From Octopus vulgaris (taxonomy: Eukaryota): a stretch of 64,000 nucleotides of DNA. Position numbers and translations under genes: made by a program. A model generated the notes under the pieces. That model ran no database searches. It was not told the origin of the DNA and saw nothing but the letters and a program-made list of their open reading frames with translations. The stretch is taken from contig OX597817.1 of assembly GCA_951406725.2 (NCBI GenBank), forward strand, positions 138,198,001 to 138,262,000. The letters are read 5' to 3'. This document shows, piece after piece, positions 1-11,578 of the stretch (the stretch's first letter is position 1; the number at the start of each line of letters is the position of its first letter).

Positions 1-640
1 ATGTTGTTTCGTCTGTGGGAAATTAAATTAATATTATGTTGACTTAATTTAATTAAATCAGATTTTCATATAAAGTGTTGTTAGGTTTTGTTGATTCTTG
101 TTTTTCATTCTTTTTTTTTTTTTTTGCCATTCTCCATTGTCTCTGTCTGTGTGTCGAAATGACATTTCCGTCTCTTCTTCCTCTTTAGACATTTTCATCA
201 GTGATCTGTTAGATTGACTTTCATCCATCCTCATAACTTTCCATCTCATACAGGTAGAAGCGATGCATTACAGGTTCGTCGGTGGCAAAAATGGACAGCA
301 CTTACTTTTTTGATTCTAAATTTTTATTCTAATTTTAATCCATGGAGTCACACATTTGCTCTTCAGGCTTTTGTAATCACTGCTGCCGCCGTCGTCTTCA
401 TCGTCGTTGTTTCTTATATTGTTGCATTTCTTTCTCCCATTTTATATTCTCGATGCAAACCAAAGACATAAAATCGGTGCACATTTTTTTTATGGAGTTG
501 GGGGTGGCGGTTCTATTAGATTCAGGATTTCTTGTTTCAAATATTAGTGTTGGATTCACTTATTTGAAATAGGAGAACTTGATATGACCACTGCGAGCTC
601 AGACATTCCTTGTACAATCTTATTGTCGTTATATTGTACA

Positions 641-1006
641 CTAGCACTATGACCCGGCGTTGCCAGGTCATATTGCTAGTGCATGCATATACAGCTGCGT
701 GCGTGCGCACATACACGCGAGTACTGTCCAAATCTCCGACCAATCACATACAGCTTGCTGGCATTCAATTGGCGTATCAAGTTTCGGGCATTTTGATTGG
801 GCTTTGGATAGAAAATTCACAAAAAGTCACTTCTATTGATTTTTAATGGCTTTGCGAGGTGACTGGGGAAATGTAAAGATGTGCACGACCACCCTTGGAC
901 GGTTTTCAATGACCATAGATAGTGCGAGCCCTCTAACTGAAAAATAGTGGATTTGTATAAAGGATACAGACACAGACAGACATTTTGCCGTTTATATATA
1001 GAGAGA
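641..1006 (-). mobile_element. Non-autonomous Helitron-like element
   Basis: On the minus strand it starts TC (1006-1005), ends CTAG (644-641) between host A and T, and has a subterminal hairpin (atgacccggc-gtt-gccaggtcat). No TSD. Confidence 0.7.
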
Positions 1007-1123
1007 TTGTACTAGTTATATAGCTTGTTTGTTTGTGTGTTTTTTCTATTTTCGATCGCATTGTTTACACAAACGTATTCGAATACGAAATGTAAAAGCA
1101 GCGCAAGTGTTGTAAACATTATC

Positions 1124-1333
1124 GACCGCGCACACTCAATGTATGTGATTTGCTTGTTCGCCGGTTCGCTGCCGAACGACGCTCATGTGACGACTCCCTC
1201 TTAGCACTGTTATCTTGCCTTTCGATGAGTTTTGGGTGTTTCAAGCCCAGCGCAAAGAGAAAGTCGTCTCCAGAGCGCCGTAGCACTGTGAACCGGCGAA
1301 CAAACAAGACACATACATTCAGCATGAGCGGTC
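1124..1333. repeat. Imperfect CpG-rich foldback (MITE-like), arms about 90 bp
   Basis: gaccgcgcacactcaatgtatgtg..cttgttcgccggttc..gacgact pairs with agtcgtc..gaaccggcgaacaa..cacatacattcagcatgagcggtc. Confidence 0.7.
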
Positions 1334-1773
1334 ACATGCTGTTATATAACCTAATGGGTTATATAATATCCTGTTAAATAATGTATATTGTACTTGTTTT
1401 ATTGCCGGATAGCATTAAGGTAGTCAGAGTTAAACGGTGTTCACATGAACACAGTATATCCCCACCAGACGTCACAGCCTGTCCCCCTTGAACGGAAAGT
1501 TGGCCTTTTTAAAACAATATGCAGACAGTCTAAAAATACCAAAAACTTCTCTATTACAGATTTGAAATATTTTTTGTTGGTTTTATCTCAAAAAGAAAGT
1601 TTTTAAAGTTTTCTAAGATTTTTTCTGTTAAAAATGAAAACATTTCGCCGTTATTGATTATATTTGAAAACGTGATTTATTTAGGAGGGCCACATTTGGT
1701 CATCAACGGATTCTATGGACAGAATTGTTTGAGGAATCGATAATAATGAAATATTAAGGAGTAAGAATCTTCA

Positions 1774-1804
<31 letters not shown>

Positions 1805-2243
1805 CGTGATTGAGTGAGTGTGATCTGTGCATAATCCATTTTAGTACTTAATATTTAATGGAATAAATTTGAATAGTTTTCCTCTGATTTTGTCCCAATC
1901 TTTTGGGTTGATGTCCATCTTCAGTTTCTCTGTTTTGTCTGGAAGAAACCGAATTTTAAAAGATTGTTGTTCTTGGTTTTGAAAAACAAGGTTTTATTTA
2001 TTTTTTTTTTTAATTGCTAAAAGTACTTTCTGCAGTTTTTAGGGCGCGGATGAGATATGAAAATGGTGACAAATGAAGTGGGCTTGAATGGAGGGGATAG
2101 TCGGTTTCCTAGACTGTTTGGAGCAACCAGAAATTAAAATATTAATGAGGAACAGAAAATGAAGCAGAGCTTGTCAGGCCTCGTTGTGTAGCGTATTGAT
2201 GAGAAGGATTTTGGCCCAGCAGCCGATAGGTCTTTTATAGATG

Positions 2244-2245
<2 letters not shown>

Positions 2246-2282
<37 letters not shown>

Positions 2283-2450
2283 TATGTATCTGTGCGTGTA
2301 TGTTTGTGTTTATGTGTGTGTGCGCGTGCATATGTGTGTGGTTGTGTGTGTATGTGTGTGTGCGTGCGTGTGTGCGTATGCTTGTGTGTATATGTATGTG
2401 TGTATGCGTGCGTGCATACGTGTGTGTGTCTGTGTGTGTGTGTATGTGTG
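2246..2450. repeat. (GT)n-rich compound microsatellite
   Basis: Directly visible. Confidence 0.95.
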
Positions 2451-2749
2451 TCCCCTAAATATGTAGTTAACACCCTAAAGTAAATTGCATCTCTGCATCA
2501 TAAAAGATCCGCCAGCAATTAAGGGCTGAAGTATTTTTGGCCCCTAATGAGTTACGTTAGTGTTTTGGCCACACAATTTTGGCAATGCTTTTTCTGTAAA
2601 AGGCAACAACTATTGTGAAAGTCTTTGGGTGTTTGAGCTGAAGATATTCCTGCTTAGAGAACACATGATGGTTCCTATGATGCGAAGTGAATGTCTGTGT
2701 TGATGCTTGTCGAAGGAGGGAATATCATCTCTGTCTCGGAACAGTATAT

Positions 2750-2965
2750 ATTTCTTTATTACCCACAAGGGGCTAAACACAGAGGGGACAAACAAGGACA
2801 GACAAAGTGATTAAGTCGATTACATCGACCCCAGTGCGAAATTGGTACTTTATTTATCGACCCCGAAAGTATGAAAGGCAAAGTCGACCTCAGCGGAATT
2901 TGAACTCAGAACGTAACGGCAGACGAAATACGGCTACGCATTTCGCCCGACGTGCTAACGTTTCT
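2750..2965 (-). mobile_element. tRNA-derived SINE family A copy
   Basis: Reverse complement of the GTCGACTTTGCCTTTCATCC core and the ...cccttgtgggtaataaagaaa tail, which recur in more than 15 copies in the window. Confidence 0.9.
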
Positions 2966-3329
2966 GATGACAGCATGGCAACTTGGTGCGAGAGGAATAG
3001 GTTGCAGTGAATAAGTTTTAGCGAAAATGTACAGAGATAAAAAGTATTGACAACATAGTGGACCCTTCACAACGAATACGACGATTGATGGGAGAAGTCT
3101 GGAAGAAAATTTTATTGGACTTAAGAAATATTTCATGATGTGAGCGTGACGTCATTGATTTCATAGAATTCTTCATTTTGTGGCATAGATTTCCACTAGT
3201 CTTGCTCTTGGAATCTAATGGTGCTTCTTGAGAAGGGAGAGAGACCTGAAGTAATTAAGAAGTTGGTAAATTACCACAGTGGCCATTTATTTTGAAATGC
3301 TAGGAGTTAGGGAGAATTCACAAAAAACA

Positions 3330-3490
3330 AAAGATGAAGTCAGGTGGTGTAGACAACAAAGAGATGTATTAGTTTAACGTTCAGGAAGTGAAAAAGTCTT
3401 TAACGTTTCGAGCCTATGCTCTTCCACGGAAAGGAACACAGAAGGAAACAAGGAGAGAAAATAAAGAATGTGTAGTGGCTAGCTATCTAT
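3330..3490 (-). mobile_element. Penelope-like pLTR fragment with variant hammerhead motif (3398-3433)
   Basis: Minus strand reads cttt-CCGTGGA-A-gagc-atag-gctc-GAAA-CG-TT-aaag. A related fragment lies near 45720-45785. Confidence 0.55.
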
Positions 3491-3635
3491 TATGGCGAAT
3501 GCCGGACAGAAGGGTCACACAGGTGAGCTACGAAGAAGGGGAGGTATAATAAAGTAATGGTGATCCCAAAACGAAGGTGTGCGTGCGTGTGTATAAGAGC
3601 GTATGTATGTGCGTGTGGAAAAGGGATGGTGACAA

Positions 3636-3745
3636 ATCGGGTCAGCAATAAGGGTGGAGCACTTGCAGAAAACAGCACTGATTGGAACCGCTCGAATACT
3701 CCGGAAGCTGCTCGAAAAATAAGGGGTGTTACCTTAGTTCACTGG
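3636..3745 (+). mobile_element. 3' end remnant of an R4/Dong-type RLE retrotransposon
   Basis: Encodes IGSAIRVEHLQKTALIGTARILRKLLEK* (3636-3722), homologous to the C-terminus LKEIQKIVLTSTAHILRKTL of the 29.1-kb ORF. Confidence 0.75.
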
Positions 3746-3924
3746 TATAGGAGTTACAAAGCGAGCTTCTAAAACCACAGCAGCCATACCTCAGCAGAGC
3801 ACTGTATTCTACATGACCTTCACTTATGTATCAGGAGTAAGCATGACATCACTTGTTGGCTTTTAGACTTTAACCAATGTCTGCGAGTGTCTTTCAGATT
3901 TGATCTTCGTTTATGACGGCAGAA

Positions 3925-4182
3925 TGGTGGTGGTGGTGGTGGTGGTGGTGGTGGTGGTGGTGGGTGGTGGTGGTGGTATTGGTGGTGGTGGTGGTGGTGG
4001 TGGTGGTGGTGGTGGTGGTGGTGGTGGTGGTGGTGGTGGTGGTGGTGGTGGTGGTGGTGGTGGTGGTGGTGGTGGTGGTGGTGGTGGTGGGTGGTAGTGG
4101 TTGTGGTGGTGGTGGTGGTGGTGGTGGTGGTGGTGGTGGTGGTGGTGGTGGTGGTGGTGGTGGTGGTGGTGGTGGTGGTGGT
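3925..4182. repeat. (GGT)n microsatellite
   Basis: Directly visible. Confidence 0.97.
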
Positions 4183-4766
4183 AGTTGTAGTAATGATCAG
4201 CGTATGCCACATTATACAACATTAAACTCAACAAATACAGAGACACTCACAAACACACACACACACACACACAACAGAGAACAGCACCAGGTGGTGGATA
4301 TATTCCTGGATATTTACCAGGAATTCTTATTCCTCTATTCAAATATTTCTTTCCAAACTGTTTGATCTGTCCCTTTCTCCTACTTCGCCTCTCCTACCCC
4401 CACCCCCCATCCTCCTTTCGATACATCGTTTTATTGAATTCATTCGATTTAGAGTCAAAAGAACAGTTTATTGCTGACTTCCATTTCTTGTTTTTCAAAC
4501 AACTTTTAGCTAAAGGATGTTTTCAACTTGGAAACATTAAATGGTGTTGTTGTTGTTGTTGTTGTTGTTGTTTTTTTTTCAGAAATAATTATATCAGGAC
4601 TCTCTGTGATAGTTACCTTCTTTTCCCTTTTCTTCTTCAGATTCTTCTTTCCCTAGATTTTTCCTGCCTCTCCCCCTCCCACCATTACCATCGTCATCAT
4701 CATCATCATCGCCGTCGTCGTCGTCGTCGTCGTTGTTGTTGTTGTTATTATTATTATCATCATCAT

Positions 4767-5522
4767 TAAGCTTTACAGGCACGGATGCGCTGTCAGACGG
4801 ACTTGTCCGAGGTGCGCGCAGAGTGACGAAACCGTCCTGCACGCCCTCGTTCAATGTCCGGGCATTGTTGACTTGTGGGGTTATGTCGAACAGCTACTGC
4901 TACGTGTGACACGGACCCGACTGTCGGCCGAGTCTGTAGTGATGATTGCACCGCCGCCCTCCTTCAAATAGACAGGCAAGGCAATTTTCCTTTGCCTGGT
5001 GGCTGTGGCGAAAGAGGTTGTTTGGTGGACAAGGCTGAAAGGCATGAGGACAGATCCATTCCTCTTTGGTAGAACTCTCATTGACTTTTTCAAGTTTCAC
5101 TTGAAAAGGAAAATGAGAGTGGAGAGTGAAGTGCTGTCCTCGAGTGAGTTTGCTGAAAAGTGGGAGAAAGATGCGAAAATGGCAAGAGTGGATGGTGCCT
5201 CTCTAAGTGTAGACCTGTGAGCCGGAGAGAAGGAATTGGAGAGAGTACTTGCTCATAGGGCTTCAGGGAAATCTCGGACAGTGGGGTTCCTCGATTATCC
5301 CTAGAGGCGTTCCTCTATCAAGAGGGCCACATCTCTATCATCGTACCCCCTTCTCCTTTTCCCCTTTGTATGTTATGCATATGTCCCTTCTTTTCCAGCG
5401 TATACCGTGTATGCTTTATTTTTTTTTTTTATTATTTCATTATTATATTAAATCCTCATACTTCATGTCTCTCTCCGTATTGTCCTCCTCAACCTTCACC
5501 CTTGTGGCAAATAAATGAAATC
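4767..5522 (+). mobile_element. 5'-truncated L1/Tx1-clade LINE (ORF2 C-terminal CCHC region plus 3'UTR)
   Basis: CPRCAQSDETVLHALVQC from 4804, then LVAVAKEVVWWTRLKG...KW, stop at 5220. The 3'UTR ends cccttgtggcaaataaatgaaa. Flanked by (ATT/ATC)n. Confidence 0.8.
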
Positions 5523-5689
5523 ATTATTAATATTATTATTATTGAGTGAGAGAACAGTACATGCAATCCAAGTGACACTGGGGTAAAATATACGAAGCCC
5601 AGTATACCCATCATGACTACCCGTCTGATAAGGGTACACCAGGCACATGCATCTCATTATCAAGATAAACAGCGCATGACCTTGCGTTG

Positions 5690-5872
5690 GCGGCGGAGGC
5701 GTCGGCAGCGGCAGTGGTGGTGGTGGTGGTGGCGGCGGCGTAGGTGGTGACGGCGGTGGTCGCGGCGGTGGTCGCGGCGGTGGTCGCGGCGGTGGTCGCG
5801 GCAGTAGTTGCGGCGGTGGTCGCGGCGGTGGCAGTAGTGGTGGTGGTGATGGTGCTGCTGCTGCTGCTGCTG
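5690..5872. repeat. GC-rich 12-bp minisatellite (gcggcggtggtc) and trinucleotide mix
   Basis: Directly visible. Confidence 0.9.
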
Positions 5873-6764
5873 GTTCTTTGCATACTAACTTCAAATCCTG
5901 CTGGAGCCGACTTTACTTTCATCGTCCCAGGATCGATAAAATTTGTACCAATTAAATGCAAGCGTTGAGAGTAATCAACTTTTTTCTACCATCTTCTGTC
6001 GATGCTAGAAATTCATTCATGTTTTTTTTTGTACTGGTGGTGGTGGTGGTGCTGGTGCTGGTGGTGCTCGTGCTGGTTGTGGCGGCAGCGGTGGGGGGTG
6101 GGGTGCTACTGGTCGTCGTCATCGTGGTTGAGGCAGGTGGGCGGCCTACAAGTAGAATCGGTAGACAGTCAGACGAAATTGAGTAACACAACTGAATTAC
6201 GTACTTCACGTTTTAGGTTCAAATCGTACTTTGACTGACTTCACCTTTCATCTTCGGAGGTTTGATAATCAATATAGTACCAGATATATACTGTGTCGAG
6301 TACTTCCTCTCCAGGCGAAACTAATATCATTATTACAACAAAACCTGCCTCCTGGTTAATTTACCCATGGGTTGCTAGTTCTAATTGAGCATACTTATGA
6401 CTAAACTAATTCCAGCCGTGACCATTCCGTCTTTTATTTACACATGTTGTTGAGGGTGCCCTGTGAGGGAGATCTGGTTACTGTTTCTCTCGCAGGGGTG
6501 GGTTGTACCGCATTTAATGGAGATGAAATTCTTGGTTCTTCAATTTCATTTGCTGGGTCAGTTCGGTGGACTTGATGATTTCCAAATGGTGGTGGCGGGG
6601 GTGACCGCTGGCACCGATGCCTTCCCAGGAATTTTCTTCTATCTTATTCATCTGTTATAATGTATTTCTAATTTTCTGGTCATTTCAAATTATACTTGGG
6701 CCAAACATTTGACCAGTGAAATGAGAGACCATTCTCTCTTTAACCAAAGGATGTAATTAATAGC

Positions 6765-7082
6765 ATTCCGTCGGTTACGACGACGAGGGTTCCATTTGAT
6801 CCGATCAACGGAACAGCCTGCTCATGAAATAAACGTACAAGTGGCCGAGTACTCCACAGACGTGCATATCCTTAATGTAATTCTCAGTGAGATTCAGTTT
6901 GTCACAGAATGTGACAAGGCTGCTTCTTTGAATTACAGGTACTATTCATTTGGTCGGGTAAGTGGACTGGAGCAACGTGAAATAAAGTGTCTTACTCAAA
7001 GACGCAACGCGTTGCCAGGATTGAACTCACGACCTTACGATCTTAAGCCGAATGATCCTAACCACTAAGCCACGCTCCTTCA
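6765..7082 (-). mobile_element. tRNA-derived SINE family D copy
   Basis: Reverse complement of the 8321-8865 family (aaggagcgtggcttagtggtta head). Confidence 0.85.
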
Positions 7083-7184
7083 CTAGCCAAAAATGTAATA
7101 AAACGCCAAAGCCATTTCGGAACACCCCCTATGCACTAATATATGCACTTCGAGCTGCTTTTGTTCTCGTTATTATTGCACACC

Positions 7185-7400
7185 AAGGCGGCAAGTTGGC
7201 GGAATCGTCAGCGCGCTGGGCGAAATGCTTAGCAGTGTTTCGTCTGCCAATACGTTCTGAGTTCGAATTCCACCGAGGTCAACTTTGCCTTTCATCTATT
7301 CGGGATCGATGAAATAAGTGCCAGTTACGCACAAGGGTCGATATAATCGGCTAGCCCCCCCCCAATCTTTAAAGCCTTGTACCTAAAGTAGAAATAATTA
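7185..7400 (+). mobile_element. SINE family A copy with alternative tail ending (ATT)n
   Basis: aaggcggcaagttggcggaa head, B-box-like gttcgaattcc, family core. Confidence 0.85.
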
Positions 7401-7794
7401 TTATTATTATTACCAAGAGGGACAACTCCGAAATAACTAGAAATCAAGTAGTGTTTCACACCTTTTGCATAAAACGATAACTTTTCTCCATGACAACCCG
7501 CAGTAAAAATGGCCTTTTTGAAGACTAAACATGTCTAAAACATTTAAACGAATCAAAGGCAACAGTGCTTCACTGCCAACCATGCAAGTTTTATTTATTT
7601 ATTTTCAAAGACAATTAGTGGACAATACCACCGGTGGTTATAGCTAATGACATGAAGTCGATGCACAATAAAAATCCTAATCTGCTTTGTCCGAAACTGC
7701 CGGTGGCCTCAAAGGCTCCGCGAGGAGTCATATACACGGCCCCCTTTTTTTTTTGCAACTAAAAAATAAAATAAACTCTGAATTATATTGTTAC

Positions 7795-8298
7795 ATATGT
7801 GTGTGTACGGGTGTGTGTGTATGTGTGTGTACGTGTGTGTGTGTGTACGTGTGTGTGCGTGTATGTGTGTGCATATGTGTACGTGTGTATGCGTGTACGT
7901 ACGGGTGTGTGTACGCGCGTGTATGTGTGTACGTGTGTGTGTGCGTGTGTGTAGGCGCGTGTGTGTACGTGTGCGTGCGTGTATGTGTGTGCATATGTGT
8001 ACGTGTGTATGCGTGTATGTACGGGTGTGTGTACGCGCATGTATGTGTGTACGTGTGTGTGTGTGTAGGCGTGTGTGTGTACGTGTGTGTGCGTGTATGT
8101 GTGTGCATATGTGTACGTGTGTATGCGTGTATGTACGGGTGTGTGTACGCGCATGTATGTGTGTACGTGTGTGTGTGTGTAGGTGTGTGTGTGTGTACGT
8201 GTGTGTGCGTGTATGTGTGTGCATATGTGTACGTGTGTATGCGTGTATGTACGGGTGTGTGTACGCGCGTGTATGTGTTACGTGTGTGTGTGTGTGTG
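7795..8298. repeat. GT-rich microsatellite with about 116-120-bp higher-order unit (about 4 copies)
   Basis: The motif gtgcatatgtgtacgtgtgtatgcgtgta..tacgggtgtgtgtacgcgc recurs at about 7870, 7990, 8104 and 8220. Confidence 0.85.
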
Positions 8299-8320
8299 AG
8301 TACGAATATATATACCAGTG

Positions 8321-8865
8321 AAGGAGCGTGGCTTAGTGGTTACGTTATTTGGTTCACGATCGTAAGGTTTTGAGTTCGCATTGTGTCGTCGTTGAGCAAC
8401 ACACTTTATTTCACGTTGCTCCAGTCCAGTCAGCTGACAAAAATGTGTTGTACCAGTAATTCACAAGGTCATCTTTGTCACACTCTGTGTCAAGTTGAAT
8501 CTCCCTGAGAACTACATTAAGGGTATACTCAGCCACCTTAAGGCGGCGAGCTGGCAGAACCGTTAGCACGCCGGGCGAAATGCATAGCTGTATTTCGTCT
8601 GCCGTTACGTTCCGAGTGCAAATTCCGCCGAGGTCGACTTTGCCTTTCATCCTTCCGGGGTCGATAAATTAAGTACTAGTTTCGCACTGGGGTCGATATA
8701 ATCGACTTAATCCGTTTGCCTGTCCTTGTTTGTCCTCTCTGTGTTTAGCCCCTTGTGGGTAGTAAAGAAATAGGTATACTCAGCCACTTGCATCTTAATT
8801 TCACAAGCCAGCTTTTCCGTTAATCAGACCAGCTGGAGCATTCGTCGCTGCAACCGACCGGATGA
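8321..8865 (+). mobile_element. SINE family D copy interrupted by a family A insertion
   Basis: A-box-like tggcttagtgg, CORE-like ttgagcaacacactttattt; body resumes after 8773. Confidence 0.85.
8539..8772 (+). mobile_element. SINE family A full-length copy with 15-bp TSD
   Basis: TSD ggtatactcagccac at 8522-8536 and 8773-8787. Confidence 0.95.
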
Positions 8866-9007
8866 CAGTTCTGTGTGTACGATTATACATACCTCTTATA
8901 TACACCAGCGAAGGCGCGTGGCTTAGTGGTTACGTTATTCTGTTCACGATCGTAAAGTTCTGAGATAGATTGTTATGCGCATGTCATAATCACCGTCATT
9001 TTCATTA

Positions 9008-9780
9008 CTGTAATACCGCACCATATTGCGGTTCATCTACCGCGGTTCACCTATCGCGGTTCACCTATCACGGTTTGCCTATCACGGTTTATTATGTAGT
9101 GACGCCATTTTAGAAGTTTTCAGCGCGCATGCGCAGAGTTGGATTCTTCCGGCAGGCCTGCCGGAAGCTCCCTCATGCACATGCTCTCTCAAATGCTGAC
9201 AGCCTAGCAGGAAGGACGTGTTTTAACAGCTCTCCCAAGTTGCCACCTCGTGGCGTTGCTACACAGTGCTTGAACGGACAGGATTTGGCTCACTCCATTT
9301 GACTACTGCGAGAGGTCCTAGGCAACCGATTCGCCCTGAAGAATAATGTATATATTGCGAATCCAGAACTAAAATATTTATGCTGTTGAAGATATTCGGA
9401 AGTCTTGGCTTTTCCTTCGATTAATAATTTAATGTAAAGGATGAGAGCTGCACCCCTCCAGTGTTACAGACCTTTCGTCCCGTTACAATTATTTAAGCTC
9501 ACGTCGATTCCTCCGTGCTGTTGTTTTGCATTTATAATAAAATAAATATATACAAATTATTAAAATGATATAAAAAAATATACTGTACTGTTTCTACTTT
9601 ACAATTATTTAAGCTCACGTCGATTCCTCCGTGCTGTTGTTTTGCATTTATAATAAAATAAATATATACAAATTATTAAAATGATATAAAAAAATATACT
9701 GTACTGTTTCTACTTCACAGATTTTCACGTGGCGCGAGTGGTTTTGGAACGTAACGCTCGCGATAGTCGAGGGATTTCTG
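9008..9780. mobile_element. Tigger/pogo-like (Tc1/mariner superfamily) non-autonomous element
   Basis: Flanked by TA. Degenerate TIRs ctgtaataccgcaccatattgcg / cgcgatagtcgagggatttctg, subterminal cctatcgcggttca repeats, and an internal exact 116-bp tandem duplication (9483-9598, 9599-9714). Confidence 0.7.
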
Positions 9781-10469
9781 TAAATGCTATTCCATCCTCG
9801 GTCGTAATATTATATACACCGTCACACTGTCAACATTATATAAACTGTTATATACACCATAGTGTTATCGATACTAAACACTATAATCCATGCTAAGTAA
9901 AATACGCACTATAATATAATACGCCCTTGTATACACCATTTTAAATAATGGATTGTCTTGATTTCCTAGAATTCATAGGACCGGATATCCGGTCTCCTTA
10001 GCTTATAAGTAACCAAGGTCACAGCATTGCCCCTCAATGTGACACCGGTCCATTGCAAGGTTAGTCATTTACGGCCGAGTGGACTGTAGCAACGTGAAAG
10101 TCTTTTACTCAGAGACATAATGCATCGCCCGGTCCGCGAATCGAAACCGAATACACTATATTATGGATTCTATATTGTCTAAGTTCTGTTGATATACTCA
10201 CTAAATTCTACACACTATTGCATTAGATCGCACCAATCAGTGTTCCAGAAAATACCAAAACAAACATTACAATCTCGCAGAAATCACTGGGGCATAAAAT
10301 TGATAGCAACACTAGCAGCAACACAAACAACACTACTACTACTGCTACTAGTAACCATAATATATTAACGATATATTGCATTATAGCATCACTATCATTG
10401 TGTAATTATATTTTATATTATTACATTTTATACAATAATAAATACATTATTATATATTTATGTCGCGGT

Positions 10470-10722
10470 ACTCCGTCGGTTGCGACGACGAGGGTTCCAG
10501 TTGATCCGATCAACGGAACAGTCTGCTCGTGAAATTAATGTGCAAGTGGCTGAGCACTCCACAGACACGTTTACCATTAACGTAGTTCCCGGGGAGATTC
10601 AGCCGTGACACAGGTTGGCCCCTTTAAAAGACAGATACAACGGAAACAGGAAGAAAGAGTGAGAAAGTCGTGGTGAAAATGTACAGCAGGGTTCGCCACC
10701 ACCCCTGCGGGAGCCTCGTGGG
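10470..10722 (-). mobile_element. SINE family D 3' part fused to a family C fragment
   Basis: Matches the reverse complements of the 8780-8865 and 46320-46410 regions. Confidence 0.7.
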
Positions 10723-10812
10723 GTTATTGTTGTTGTTGTTATTAGTTATTGTTGATGTTCTTAATGTTGTTGTTACCGTTATTATTATTATTATTGTTGT
10801 TACTATTATTAT

Positions 10813-11380
10813 TAAGGCGGTGAGCTGGCAGAAACGTTAGCACGCCGGGCGAAATGCTTAGCGGTATTTCGTCTGCTGCTACGCTCTGAGTTCAAATTCC
10901 GCCGAGGTCGACTTTGCCTTTCATCCTTTCGGGGTCGATTAAATAAGTACCAGTTACGCACTAGAGTCGATATAATCGACTTGATCCGTTTGTCTGTCCT
11001 TCTTTGTCCTCTCTGTGTCTAGCCCCTTGTGGGTAGTAAAGAAATTGGTATTTCGTCTGCCGCTACGTTCTGAGTTCAAATACCGCCGAGGTCGACTTTG
11101 CCTTTCATCCTTTCGGGGTCGATTAAATAAAAAGCAGTTACGCACTGGGGTCGATATAATTGACTTAATCCGTTTGTCCTCTCTGTGTTTAGCCCCTTGT
11201 GGGTAGTAAAGAAATAGGTATTTCGTCTGCAGCTACTTTCTGAGTTCAAATTCCACCGACGTCGACTTCACCTTTCATCAATTCAGGGCCGATAAATTAA
11301 GTACCAGTTACGCACTGGAGTTGATCTCATCGACCAGTCCACCCCACCAAATTTCAGGCTTTGTGCCTATAGCAGAAATG
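10813..11380 (+). mobile_element. SINE family A tandem trimer
   Basis: One head followed by two headless units restarting at ggtatttcgtctg (about 11047 and 11217). Confidence 0.9.
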
Positions 11381-11395
11381 ATTACTACTATTTTT

Positions 11396-11428
<33 letters not shown>

Positions 11429-11480
11429 TTTGTTACAATGATTATTGTTATTGTTTTTATTATTATTACTACTGTTGTTT

Positions 11481-11511
<31 letters not shown>

Positions 11512-11517
11512 CGTTGT

Positions 11518-11578
<61 letters not shown>

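Noticed and set aside
140-210. Hammerhead on the minus strand (CTGATGA-aaatg..cattt)
   Set aside because: GAAA, the cleavage triplet and stem I would all need substitutions; too degenerate.
3147-3155. Scattered perfect CRE sites (also about 26852 and 39387)
   Set aside because: Isolated 8-mers can arise by chance and have no supporting context.
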